The notes under the pieces: generated by a model
Databases searched by the model: none
The model's input: only the letters and a program-made list of their open reading frames with translations
What the model was told of the DNA's origin: nothing
Part shown: positions 1 through 16,545 of the stretch, one piece after another
Position numbering within the stretch: position 1 is the stretch's first letter
Layout: each line of letters opens with the position of its first letter
Position numbers and translations under genes: made by a program
From: the human T2T-CHM13v2.0 reference genome, Homo sapiens
Strand: one strand, 5' to 3'
Assembly (NCBI RefSeq): GCF_009914755.1
Contig: NC_060926.1
Length of the DNA: 64,000 nt

Positions 1-320
<320 letters not shown>

Positions 321-462
321 TAAAATTCATTCATCCATTCATTTAGTCATTCATTCGTTTGTTTTACTTCTTTTATTCCACAGGCATTTGTCTATCTGTT
401 TGCTAACTAGATTTTTTTAAATTAAAAAAGAGATATGCACTTATAATTAAAAAATAAAATTA

Positions 463-753
463 GGCCAGACGTGGTGGCTTACGCCTGTAATCCCAGCACT
501 TTGGGAGGCGGAGGCTGGCAGATCACCTGAGGTCAGGAGTTCAATATCAGCCTGGCCAACATGGTGAAATCCCGTCTCTACTAAAAATATGAAAACTAGC
601 CGGGCATGGTTCCACACGTCTATAATCCCAGCTACTCAGGAGGCTGAGGCAGGAGAATCACTTGAACCCAGGAGGCAAAGGTTACGGTGAGCCGAGATCA
701 TGCCACTTTACTCCAGACTGGGCAACAGAGCAAGACTCCATCTCAAAAAAAAA
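463..753 (+). mobile_element. Alu (AluS-like)
   Basis: ggccagacgtggtggcttacgcctgtaatccc... through to A-tail. Confidence 0.95.
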
Positions 754-779
754 TTAAAAGTAAAAAATTAAATTAAACA

Positions 780-1400
780 GAGCAAGCAAACAGTTCCCCT
801 CTCAGAAACAACTATTCTTCTCAATTTCTGAGTCTTCTTCCAAGTATTTCTAGGCAGTTCCTAGTATATAACTATAAATAAACACAAACATATGTGTGTG
901 GTGTGTATTGTTTTCCTTTTTTCACAAAAGAAATCATACATTACACACAGCTCTGCACCTTGAATTGTTTTCACTTAATTCTGTATTGAGGTATTTGTTC
1001 CATATCAACACGTGCACACCTTTCATGGCTGTGAACTATTCCAGATTGTGATGTCTTGCCATCTGTGTCAGTTGTCTGTCAGTTGATATCTAGTCTGTTT
1101 CCAGTTTTTCACAGCAATGAAAGTCTTTCTACAGGCATCTTTGTATATATGTGAGTGTATCTGGAGCTCAGCTTCCTTGAAGTGTAATTGATGGGGCAAA
1201 GGAATGAGCAATTCGCATTATGATAGATATCATCCAATAGTCCTCTAAAAATTTGCACCAAATTGTACAAAAAATCACTTTTTGGTCTCTGCCAATCTGA
1301 GATATGAAAAAAACAGTATCTCATTTTAATTTGCATTCTTTATGATGAGAGATGTTAGCTTTTTTTTTTTTTCATGTTTCCAAATCATTTGTATTTCTGT
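780..1400 (-). mobile_element. Old L1 (L1M/L1ME-type) 3' fragment
   Basis: AT-rich; contains antisense L1 hallmark 'gtatctcattttaatttgcattc...gatgttagc...tttttcatg'. Confidence 0.65.
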
Positions 1401-1448
1401 CTCTCTCTCTCACTTCTCTTTAACAATATTCAAGGAGCCACTCTCGGC

Positions 1449-2369
<921 letters not shown>

Positions 2370-2955
2370 CAGAGAGCTTTCTATCCACAAACAAGCCAAC
2401 ATTTCAACAAAAGTAGGAGACAGTGAAGGAGTTCAGATCTAAGTCTTGGGCTAGCCAAGGACCCCTGACTTCCCTCCCAACCCCCAAGTGTCAAAAAGAA
2501 GAAACCCTCTTGTGCCTCACCCCCCAAGCCCCAGCCTAGTGGCTCAGCACTGGACACCGGGATTTGGGGAAAGCTGGTGCAGGGAAGGATGGGTGGAAGT
2601 GATGCTCTCTGTGGTCTTAGGACCAGTCTGGGTTGAAGGTGAGGGAGGAGAGAGATAGAGATAGGGAGGAAAAGGAACAAATTGCCCCCACATGACAACT
2701 TGAAACTGCAGAACAAAACGTTTTTCTCTTTCATACTCTCTCCCTCTTTTAAAGGGAAATAGAGCTCATTTCTTGAAAGGGACCATCTGGGAGTCTAAGT
2801 CACAAGTGTGAAGATTTTAAGACTGGGTGGTGAGTAATTCAGCACCTACCACCTCCTCCCTGTCTGCTTTCCCTCCCATCTGAAACTCAGAAGGGAAAGG
2901 GCAGAGAGGACCAGAGGACATCCCACCACCTGCCAGCAGGAAATGGTATCAGAAC

Positions 2956-3352
2956 CATGCGCGCGCGCACGTGTGTGTGTGTGTCTGTGTGTGTGTGTGT
3001 ATGTGTGTGTCTATGTATGTGTGTGTGTCTGTGTGTACACCTGTGTGTGCATCTGTGTGTCTGTGTGTGTCCGTGTGTGTCTGTGTACGTGTGTGTCTGT
3101 GTGTCGATGTGTCTGTGTGTGTCTGTGTATGTGTGTGTATGTGTCTGTGTTTGTGTGTGTGTGTGTCTGTGTGTGTGTGTGTCTGTGTTTGTGTGCATCT
3201 GTATATGCGTCTGTGTATCTGTGTGTGCTGTGTGTCCGTGTGTGTGTCTGTGTGTGTGTCTGTGTACATGTGTGTCTATGTATGTGTCTGTGTGTGTGTC
3301 TGTGTGTATGTGTGTGTGTGTGTGTGTGCATGCATGCATGCATGTGCATATA
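2956..3352. repeat. Long degenerate (TG)n tract with a (GC)5 head and (TGCA)n tail
   Basis: ~400 bp of interrupted TG dinucleotide repeat; source of the His/Thr and Cys/Val ORFs. Confidence 0.97.
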
Positions 3353-3449
3353 CATTATCCCTCTCCCCTAATAGTCTGTATCCCCGATCCTTAGCACAGG
3401 GCTTGGCACTGAGTTATGCTCAGTAAAGATCTATGAAATGCAGCTGAAC

Positions 3450-3635
3450 TGCATGGCACACTGGAGTCAGGTGAGCCTGCTCTGGAATCCCACTTGTGCT
3501 CTTTACTAGCTGTGTGACCTGGGGCAAGTTGCTGTCCTATTCTGAGTTCAGTTTCTTCATTTCTAAAAAACAAACAAAAAAATGCATAAGAAAACCTAGC
3601 CTGTGGGGACATTCTGCAGATTGAATGAAATGAAG
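3450..3635 (+). mobile_element. MIR SINE fragment
   Basis: MIR core 'ttactagctgtgtgacctggggcaagtt...ctgagttcagtttcttcatttctaaaa'. Confidence 0.75.
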
Positions 3636-4075
3636 TGGGTAGGGTGCCTCAGCTTGAGGCAGGAGGGCAGCGAGAGAAGAGGCCACGGGCCACGGGCAGA
3701 GCAGGAGCAGTGTCTGCCTGGGTGAGAGGGTGCTTGTCGGGAGGAGGAGAGGGAGGCTGTGCAGGCAAGGCTGACTGCTGGACAGAGGACTTGGAGCTAC
3801 CCTGGGAAGCATCTGTAGGGAGCCATTGTAGGTTCTACAGCAGGGGAGGGACCAGAGGATGGGAGGTGGCTGGGATCCCCTGGTTGCCACCATCTTCCAT
3901 GGCTACAGCCTGGACCCCACATGTGCTTATTGCTCCTTCCTCCCTCTGTGCACCCCTAACTCAGTCCAGGGAGTGCACAGAAGAAGAGGAGCCAATAAAA
4001 CACATTTAAAAAAATAAGTCATTATTATTACTTTAATTTGACTTCTAGGCACCTTCTTATTCAAGACACAGTTGT

Positions 4076-4366
4076 GGCTGGGCTCAGTGGCTCACACCTG
4101 TAATCCTAGCACTTTGGGAGGCTGAGGCAGGTGGATCACTTGAGGTCAGGAGTTCAACACCAGCCTGGCCAACATGGCGAAACCCTGTCTCTACTAAAAA
4201 TACAAAAATTAGTTGCGTGTGGTGGCATGTGCTTGTAGTCCTAGCTACTCGGGAAGCTGAGGCAGAAGAATCATTGGAACCCAGGAAGCGGAGGTTGCAG
4301 TAAGCTGAGATTGCACCACTGCACTCCAACCTGGGCGACGCAGAAAGACTGTCAAAAAAAAAAAAA
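4076..4366 (+). mobile_element. Alu (AluS-like)
   Basis: Sense Alu dimer with A-tail. Confidence 0.95.
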
Positions 4367-4514
4367 GACACAATTGCATTTCACAGTGAAAAACACAAAG
4401 CCTCTCCAATGTATTCACACACATTTAGAGCAGAATTTGATTCCAATACTCTAATCAATGAACATCTAGCAAAGTGTGGTGAATATTACTGATGCAGTAA
4501 TGGGAAAATGCTAA

Positions 4515-5287
<773 letters not shown>

Positions 5288-6322
5288 TAAACTATATTAA
5301 ATAAGACCAAATAAAGATTTTAATTATTATCAAACAAAAGTGAGTAATTCGGGGAAACATCACCTCCAGAAATGTCGAGCCAATTCAGGTGTTGCTGGTA
5401 GAATCCTAAAGAGTGATGTCTCTGGTTCCTGTGAACAATGTCCACAGTCCACACCCCTCGAGGACACAGCTCAGCTCCCACCAAGGGACCATGGCTGGGA
5501 GGAGAGCAACAGAGCGTGATCCCAAGGCCGCAGTACAGCTAAGGGCTCTCCAGAACCTGGGCAGGAAGCCCTACACTCTGCCCTCCTCACTGGGTGATGT
5601 GGATGCCTCTGAGCTGCGGCTTTCTCCCTTCTAGTGGAATAACAATTGCTGACCTCACAGAGTTGCTCTGAGGATGAAAGGAGAGCATACACGCAAAGCA
5701 CTTAGCATCATGCCTGCTAACAGATCAATGCACGACTGTTATTAACTCAGAGCAGTGACAAGGGCGAGAGAAGATCAGGTAAATAGGACACACGGTGCAG
5801 AGAGTGAGGGAGTGTCAGAGGCAGGGGAGGGCAACACCCAGGCAGCCCTAGCTTCTACCTACCTGGACTATCCACTTGCAGCCAGGGAAGAAGACCCCAT
5901 GGAAGGAGGGGGTGATGGAGGGGCTCAGATATTTGATAAGATGGGAGGTCATCCTTGATCTGCTTCCCTCCTCCCCTCTCACCTCCAACCCTGCCTGGCC
6001 CACTTCTGAGGGTGATCAGGCAGAGCACACCATGGGCCAGCGGAGCCTTGGAGGGTTCCAGAGCTGTGCCTCCCACACAGGGGCTATGCTGGGAGGCAGG
6101 AGGTAGGGCTGCAGGTGTGAGGCAAGGCAGCTGGGATTCCCCCATCGATCAGCAGGAACCCAAGCACACCCCACCCCGGTTACCTGGGGGCCACAGGCTG
6201 CTCCATTTGAAGTGTGGGCTCTCTCTGCAGATAGGCCAGCCGGGCCCTCCCTAGAGGCTAGGCACCTGAGCAGGTATGGGATAGGGATGGGGGTGGGTGC
6301 GGGGATTTGCAGGCTGTCGCTT

Positions 6323-6332
6323 CTAAAAATAG
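6323..6332 (+). promoter_or_regulatory. Consensus MEF2 site CTAAAAATAG
   Basis: Exact match to CTA(A/T)4TAG in unique sequence; E-boxes and a GATA motif nearby. Confidence 0.45.
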
Positions 6333-6599
6333 AGCCCCGCAGCCTGGGAGCCAGCCAGGTGTGGTTGCCACACAGCCTCCCAAACTGGCTGATAGGCACA
6401 TGTCAATTCTGGGCCTGCACAGGCACACAAACTCCTTGGCACAGAACCCAGTGGACACTCCTATCCACCAAAGACAGACACTTGAGTCTGAACACCCATG
6501 TCCTGACTTAGACCTGGCCCTGTTCCTGTACAGGCCCCTTCTCCACAGGCTCTCACCATCCTCACACTCACTCACACTCCCTGACACTCACAGGCCCTG

Positions 6600-6741
6600 C
6601 AGCCTCCTAGGTCTCCCTGGCTGGGACATCTGCCTCCTGGGGGCAGGGGCCATTGGTTTTGTTCACTGCTATCTCTCCAGTGCCTGCAATGGTGTCTGGC
6701 ACGTGCCAGTGCTCAGGAAATGTTTGTTCTATAAATGAATG
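6600..6741 (+). mobile_element. L2 3' end fragment
   Basis: 'gttcactgctatctctccagtgcctg...tctggcac...gctcaggaaatgtttgtt...aatgaatg'. Confidence 0.7.
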
Positions 6742-7556
6742 CCACACACACTTGCACACACACACACAGACACACATTCCATGATTAATTACCCCACCCT
6801 CACCCCTCCCCACCCTGGCGCTCTGAGTTCTCTGAGGCCCTGGAGGGAGCGGCACCTGGAGGTCTGTCCCTCTCTGACCAGGTGAGCCCCTCGAACCCAT
6901 TGTCCAGGCAAGGGAGGGTGGGAGGTGGCCCAGGGAAGCAGAGCTTTGGGAAGCAGCAGCTTTGAGCCTATGTGTGGAAGGTGAGCGGGGATCCTGGTGT
7001 TCTACAGGAAGAACCTCCCGCGGGGGCCACAGCACCCTGCTGAAATTCTGAGTGGGAAAAGGTCTGGCTGGGTCCATGTCATAGGTAATCCCTTTTGGGA
7101 GAAAGCCCGGGTTTCCCACAGGCTGAGCCTGGCTGCAACAAATTGAGACCTATGAGTAGAGCATGTGGTGGCCGCAGAGCCCATGGGTGGGTGGTCAGGG
7201 AGTCCTCCCTGGAGGAGAGGAACCTTGTCCAGGTGAGAGACAAGAGGACCATCTGGGAACAGGACTGAAAGGGGAATCTGAAGCTGTTGGTGTGATTATT
7301 TCAGGACTGGCAAGGATGCATCAGATCTGTTTTAGGAGTTCATGACACCCTCCAGAGTGAGGCAGAGGCACACCGGGCAGGCTCACACACTAGGGATTGG
7401 GCAGGCCCAAGTTGCAGCCACAGGGGCTATTGAGGGGCCAGAGTGAAGCCCCTGATCATAGCCTGCATCAGACCACTCAAGAATGAGGTGCCTGGGGGAA
7501 CAGGCAGGTGACGGAGGGGACCAGAGACAGACAGGGGGCCAATGGGAGGCCAAAAG

Positions 7557-7930
7557 GATAGACTAACAGATGGACTGAAAGATGGAGGAAGACGGATGGA
7601 CAAACAGACTAACAGATGGACAGAAAGGCAGAGGAGGACGGACGGACAAATGGATAGACGGATGGACAAATGGATAGACTCACAGATGGATCAAAAGGCA
7701 GAGGAGGATGGACGGACAGACAAATGGACAGACTAACAGATGGACTGAAAGATGGCTGAGGACAGACAGACAAATGAATAGACTAACAGACCGAAAGGTG
7801 GAGGAGGATGGACGGACAAACGAATAGACTAACAGACAGACCGAAAGGTGGAGGAGGACAGATGGACAAATGGATAGACTAACAGATGGGCTGAAAGGCA
7901 GAGGAGGATGGATGGACAAATGGAAAGGCA
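7557..7930. repeat. Degenerate ~50-bp purine-rich minisatellite, about 7 units
   Basis: GACT(A/C)ACAGA anchors at 7561, 7607, 7677, 7731, 7781, 7827, 7877. Confidence 0.9.
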
Positions 7931-9519
7931 GAAATGGGTGGATGAAGGAATGGACATTTGGAGTGGGGATGGATGGAGGTTGGAGAGGCAGGGAGAGAGG
8001 GCTGCTGGACCTTTATCCCCACAGTCACCCTCAGGAGCCTTAAGACCCAGCTACTCCCACTCCAGAACTCCCACCCCTGCACATCCCCGGGCCAGGCTCC
8101 AGGGAAGCCAACGCCTGCTTGGCCTTGTGCCCAGAGATGCACATTCCAGCCAGGTATGATCCTGCTGCTGTTACTACTGCAAGCCCAGATGTGGAATCAC
8201 CTCCAGATGTTCTCACCATAGCAGCTGTGCCTAGGATGGGATTGGGGTAGGCTGTATCTACGGACTAATACTCGTCAGCCCTCCAGCACCTGGGGAGTGC
8301 CCCAATCATGGCAGACACCTGCACCACGCACACACACACACACACATACACACAATGGCTGAACCACAGCCCACAGACACTCACTGACACACACAAATGG
8401 GCACAGTCACTAATGCCCAGACACCAGGCCCCAGATGCCACAGAGATGCCATGTTGCACAACTCCACAATGAGCCAATCATGTGGTCTGCATTGTATGGG
8501 GTAACCTGGACCCTCAGACCCACCCAACACTCATGCTGTCATTAACTAGCCAAGGCTCACTGAACAGCTCCTGGACCAGGCCTCGTGGGATGACAGGAAA
8601 GTCACCTTCAATCTCTGGATATTTGAAGTTGCACCTTCAAGGGCTCCTTCCAGAGGATGCTGGACCCCTGAGCCTGCCTCACAGGGCCCTTCCTCATCTC
8701 AGCCCCAGCCCTGCCTCCTGCCCTGCCCTCCTCCCATTAGCCCTCCCTTCGGCCACATTTCCCACCTTGGGCAGGCTTTCCCTTTTCACTGTGCCTTGGT
8801 GCACACAATGCCTGCAGCCAGGAATCCCTTTCTCATCACAATAAGCCCATCCTTCAAGACAGAGACCTCTGTGTACCTCCACTTTAATGGTGTGACATGC
8901 AATAGGGCCTCCAAAAATGTTTGTTGACTGCCTGACTGACTGACTTGCTGGATGAAATCATTAGAAGTGTAAGTTAGCTCAGAATTAGTGCCAGACAGAC
9001 TGGCCTGGACTTGCTGCTATCAGTTCTAGTCAGAGCAGGAGAGCGCCCATGGATTGGAGGATTTTGAGCCCCCATAAGCACACACATGTGACTACAGCCC
9101 CCCTGGAGTGAGTCCTGCACCCTCGTACCCTCCACATGCCATGGAAAACATGCGCCACTGCCCCGTGCCAGGCCTGGACACACAGCGAGGGCTGCGGGAG
9201 GGTCTCAGCCACGGTCAGGGGCTCCCAAGCTCCTCTTCCCTCTACCCACTGACACCTAAGGAAGCCCCAGGCACTTTTCTAGAGCGTTCTTTGGGGGTGG
9301 GGAGTGTCAGGGCAGGCCCTCTGCCAACTCAGCAGGCCGGGGACTTTGGATGTGCTGACACTGGCTGCCCTGACACACCCTATGTGGGCCCAGTTGGCCA
9401 GAGCTCTGGCCGGCCTGGGCCTGGGCCTGGCAATAATCGATTGACTGACATGGAATTCCATTCCTTCAGCAAGGACCAACCACACCTGCATAGAGTTGAC
9501 GTAAGGCCCGTTTCTAAAC

Positions 9520-10295
<776 letters not shown>

Positions 10296-10351
10296 TGAGT
10301 CTGCACTTTCAACCACTACACTCTACCATGTCTCTTCTTTAACATTTTTTA

Positions 10352-10633
<282 letters not shown>

Positions 10634-12635
10634 TTACTTGCACCAGGCAGCCTTTGGCATTAGGGGCATGGACATGTGACATTCCAGGTCCCTTCCAGCC
10701 CTGTGTCTCACTCGCACGCACACTCCTACCTGCCTCATCCTGATGTTGCCCATTGCATCCCTGTGACCTCCCGGTTCCTCCACAGCCAGGCATTGGCTCG
10801 TGGGAACTCGGTGCTCTCGGGTTTGGGTCCCAGTAGATTCTGGAACATCCCACCCCACGCCTGTCCTTCCCTGCCACCCCTGCTCCGCCCCAGGCCAGCA
10901 TTCCTGGAAAGTTCAAAGGCACTTGGTTCAGGGGAGATGTTTCCACACAGCTTCTGTAGCTGGAACTGGGCTAGGCAGAGAGGGGGCCCACCCACAGCCC
11001 CACAGGGACTGCATCTTGAGACCAGAAAACTTGGAGTGGCCTGGGGGAGCAGTGCTGTTCCCATTCTCTGTGGCAGGGGCCTTGGCAGGTGCAAGACCCA
11101 GAGTGTCCCCCCACAACCTGAGGGGGCTGCTTCTGGACACAGAGAGCTCAGGCCTCAAATGCATCTTTTCACTAGCCTTCCTGGGTCCTGCCCATTCCTA
11201 GAGACGGAGTTCACTATGCTCCTAGCCATGTGCTGGGTGCGGGGCGAGCCCCAGATGGCTCATCGCCACGAGGTGCAGGCACAGCCTCTCCATGAGCCAT
11301 CAGGAACTCGGGGTTGCATCAAATCCCCAAAGACTTTACTGGGCCCACGCTAGGCATCAGCCTGGGATTCTCCTCCCAGGCCTCCACCAGCTGCTGAGCA
11401 CAGCGGAGGTGGGGAGGCAAGAGCATGTCCTATCCTGCCTCCTGGCCCCCAGCCCCAGTAACACAGAACTAGGGTGCCTATTGTTTCAATGGCAGAAATC
11501 CCCCTCCCCTCCGACCCCTGCCCCCTGCAGCACTGCTCCCCATCACTGGGCTAAACGAATGACCCGCCACTCAGCAGGTGACGACTTACTCCTCCTTGGC
11601 CGGCCCTTCCAGCTCCTCCTCCTCACCCATCCTGACTCAGAGGCCTGTCAGCTGCCACTGCCCCCGAGGCCTGGCAGATTTGGGTGGGAAGGAGCTATCT
11701 GGGTGCCAGGACCTGAGGGGCTGGCCATGCCCTCACTCCTTACTGACCTGACCTTTAGCAGGGCCTCTGAGCATTCTCTGATCTAGAAATGCCACATGTA
11801 CACGCATGCGTGTGCACACACACACAAACACCCACACACTCACACCCAGCCGCTCTATGACCTGATGAAACAGTCTGGGTGCAGGGCTGAGGCAGGCCAG
11901 GGAGGAGAGTTAGACTGAGCAAAAGCAGGATGTGTGTGGAGCAGCCTCCTGGCCTCTCTCCCGCAGAGGCACTTCCTGGTACTGGAGGGCAAAGCGGCCC
12001 GGGGTTGGGAAAGAGACCGGTGCTGCTTGCTCCCTCTCCAGAACAGGCATTAATTCTGGCTGCCCCTTGGTATTGGCCTCCAACTTTATAGTTCTCTCCC
12101 TTTCTTTCTCTCTCTCTCTCCTACACACACCCCTCTAGACTCCTCCCCTGCACCTCCTCAAAATTTCTCACCCACCCTCACCCCACAGAAGGAGCATCAA
12201 AGCCCCACACAGCCTCTGGCCTCTCTCAACACCTAGGAGTTGAGATCAGGCACTTGTGGCCCAGTCTTGGGGACTTCCCCCTACCAGGGTTGGCCCTCTT
12301 GGGTCCACGCCTCTTTGGCTAGACTTCTGATCGCTCTGGCGGCCACTCCGCAGTTTCACCACGCCTGCTCCTGCCTGCAACACACAGAAGTTGGCAGTGA
12401 CTCTGCACTGCTCCCAGCACCCCGGATGGCTCAGGGCTGTGGCATTTTGTTTTCTTTCGTTTTTCGCCTTCATGTCTGTGCTGTTCACTGTGCCTGAAAT
12501 CCCCTCCCCGCTAACCCTCCTGCCCATAGCGTCAGTGGCCCACATGTCAGCACCCAGCACTTACCACTAGCGAGGCTGTGTCCTATCCTCCTGACCATGC
12601 CAATGAAAAAAGTCCCATTAATTATACCCACTGTT

Positions 12636-12940
<305 letters not shown>

Positions 12941-13198
12941 GATACCATTGTTCAGAGGAGGAAGCTGAGCTGACAGAGGTCAAGGAAGATGCATTTCTAC
13001 CCAGCTTTCAAGATTCACTTTGGACATCACCTTCCTCAGACTCTGCCTTCTCCTCTTCACCGCCCCACTACGCCCCAGGCAGGAGAAACTGCTCCCAGCC
13101 TAGAGCCACTGCCCGTTGTAGTGACTTCTGTTTGAGGCTGAGACCTCAGCCCCCAGGTCCTGATTTGTGCCCTCCTCCCTCAGTTTTGGGGCCTGTGA

Positions 13199-13676
<478 letters not shown>

Positions 13677-13917
13677 CCTCCCTGTCTTTTCACACCCACT
13701 TCTCTCTCTGCCCAACCCTGTCTACACCCTTCCTGCCAGTTCCCAGGAAAAGTGACTTGGACTTTGCTGATGGGAAGCAGAATCTGGGCTAAAACTAGGA
13801 CAGGAGCAGGGCTGGTTCCTCCAGCAACTCCCCCAGCTCGAAGGAGGCCCAGCCTGAACCACATCGCCAGGAGCCCTGGCTCAGCACTGGGGGTTACCTA
13901 TGGGCGGCCACTTCAAC

Positions 13918-13918
<1 letters not shown>

Positions 13919-13970
<52 letters not shown>
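13919..13970. repeat. (TG)26 perfect microsatellite
   Basis: Uninterrupted TG run. Confidence 0.98.
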
Positions 13971-13971
<1 letters not shown>

Positions 13972-14383
13972 TGGGCAGGGCGGGGGAGATGTATATTGAT
14001 GAGGGAGGGGAAATGGACCATTGGGCCCCAGCTTCAACGCCACATTTATTTACTGGGCACTGAGTTAAAAATAGACCTGAGTGCCCCTAGTGCAGGCTGC
14101 AGATAGGGAGAGGGATTCCAGGACCCCTGGGAACTAGCTATGTCTCAGGGCCTCCACATGACCTCCCTCTCCCTGAGGGGTGGATCTGTGATTCTGCCGA
14201 GTGTCACACACACCCCTGTGTTACTGGGTGGCACCAGGGCAATGTTTTGTGCACTTCACAGATTACAGTGTTGTGTCGCAGAAGAGCATGGACTTTAAAC
14301 CTAGACGGGATCCCAGCAAGGGATGACTGCACACCTGCCCCACTTCTGGCCTCCATTTTACAGAGAGGGAGACTGCGGCTTAG

Positions 14384-14887
<504 letters not shown>

Positions 14888-14994
14888 TGACAAAAAAGCA
14901 ATAGGCTAAGGTCCAGGCAATGAGCCCACATCTTCCCCCACCTGAGATTTCTCCTCCATCAGGTGTAGGGGGCGTGGCTCACCCCGGCACCCAG

Positions 14995-15160
14995 TGCCCT
15001 AATTAGCTCCTGTTGACAGTTTCTGGTTTATGTGTTATCACCTTGAGCCTGCTTATCTTTATCAGAGCCAAAGGTTGATTGGGGCATTCTGGCCAAAGCT
15101 CAAAGCAACTCCACTCCAATTTCACAGGGCATTTATGACTACTGTGAATAATAACCCTCT
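14995..15160. promoter_or_regulatory. Candidate enhancer (GATA x3, homeodomain, MEIS, NR5A-like motifs)
   Basis: TAATTA, TGACAG, TTATCA, CTTATC, TTATCA, CACCTTGA, TTTATGA within ~160 bp of unique DNA. Confidence 0.4.
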
Positions 15161-16189
15161 TTCCTCAAGATAGCAGCCTGATCCATTCAGGACCTTCCCT
15201 GCAGAGTCCTTGGTGTGATCCTTACCATCCTCACCAGGAAGACAGCACAGAGTCCTTCTCCCATTGGCTGGGGAGAAAAGCGATGCACAGCCCCAGGGTG
15301 AGCTGGCCGGGGACCCAGGTCTCCTGAGCCCTGTCCTCAGCACCCAGCAGCAATGCCCCGGCTCTGGAACCTGACAAAGTGAGACCTCCCTACCAGGGCC
15401 ATGGCCCCCGCTTCTCCAGCCTCGCTCGCCGGGACAAAGGTTACGGGCCTTATCAACCAAGGAGGTAGAATATTAATCTGGCCATCTATGCCCCAGCCCT
15501 GACCCGCATAGCAAAGCCGCCATCATCCAGGTGGTGGGAGTATCTGTGCATCGGGACAGAATGAGGTGGGGCTATGTAAGGGGCCCCCATGAGGGCAGGG
15601 CCCTGCACATGGCCTTTGTGGCCGCTGGAGGGGCTCACCCTAGGTCTTTTCCCACATCAGCCTTGGAGCCACGACCTCAGGTTCTCACCAGCTCCCCTCT
15701 GAGCCCCAGGAGAGATATCTTGTCTGAGAAGTGACCCAAACCCTTCCTGACCCCTGATATTCCTACTTGGACCCCCTTGGGGGCAGTGGCCAGAGGGTTT
15801 GTCACTGTCAGAGCAGACCTGGGTCCTACTCCCAGCTCTGCCATCATCTCCATCCTTGGTACCCGGGGCAAGCCACAGCACGCACAGACCTCAGCTGCAT
15901 CACCGGTAAAATGGGAGTAGACTTTGATCTGTCCCAGAATACCCTCCTTCCCTGGAGATGTGGTACCTGAGTCTGGGTGGCGACCCCTCCCCATCTGCAT
16001 AGATACACCTGGAACAGGATCCAGGCCCCTGGATGTCACTCTTTTGTGTTTTACACTTCACTGGCCTCACTTATGGCCACCTAAACCCCTTAGCTCCTGG
16101 GCCAAGTCTTCAGGGACTCCAAGGGAGATGGAGATGCCTTGCAAGGATGTCTTTGGAGACCTCAATTGGGACAGGTCCCTGCCTGGCAG

Positions 16190-16190
<1 letters not shown>

Positions 16191-16236
<46 letters not shown>
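16191..16236. repeat. (TG)23 perfect microsatellite
   Basis: Uninterrupted TG run. Confidence 0.98.
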
Positions 16237-16239
<3 letters not shown>

Positions 16240-16289
16240 ACCCACCCTCCCGAGGCATTGTCTAGAGGGGGCATTGTCCAGAGGGCTGG

Positions 16290-16545
16290 GCGGTTGCCTT
16301 TATGGCCAGGCATAAAAGGTAATCATTGACCACATCAATGCCGCCCTGCGCGTCAGTGCCCGCCCAGGCTCGACCCTGCCAGGCCCTGGATTACTTTACA
16401 GTCACATAAAAGGAGCCTCCAGACTGGCCCCTGGGGACTTTGGCCCTCAAGGGGCAGTGGGAGGGGAGCCGTTCCCTGGAGACAGCCTTTTCTTCTAATA
16501 TTTACTTGGCCAGAGAAGAGCCCCCGCCTTTTATCAAACACCACT
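16290..16545. promoter_or_regulatory. Candidate endoderm/gut-type enhancer (CDX/posterior HOX, HNF1, HNF4, FOXA, GATA motifs)
   Basis: TTTATGG 16299, CATAAAA 16311 and 16405, GGTAATCATTGAC 16318, GGGACTTTGGCCC 16434, AATATTTAC 16497, TTATCA 16531; locally CpG-retaining. Confidence 0.55.

Noticed and set aside
2887-3426. Six overlapping ORFs of 106-151 aa rich in His/Thr or Cys/Val
   Set aside because: They are translations of the (TG)n/(CA)n tract, which lacks stop codons
7557-7930. Regularly spaced repeats that superficially resemble a CRISPR array
   Set aside because: The intervening sequences are themselves repeats, not unique spacers; the context is eukaryotic and there are no cas genes
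10676-11353. 225-aa ORF in unique DNA
   Set aside because: Non-ATG start, Pro/Ser/Gly-rich composition typical of GC-rich non-coding DNA, no domain and no convincing splice context
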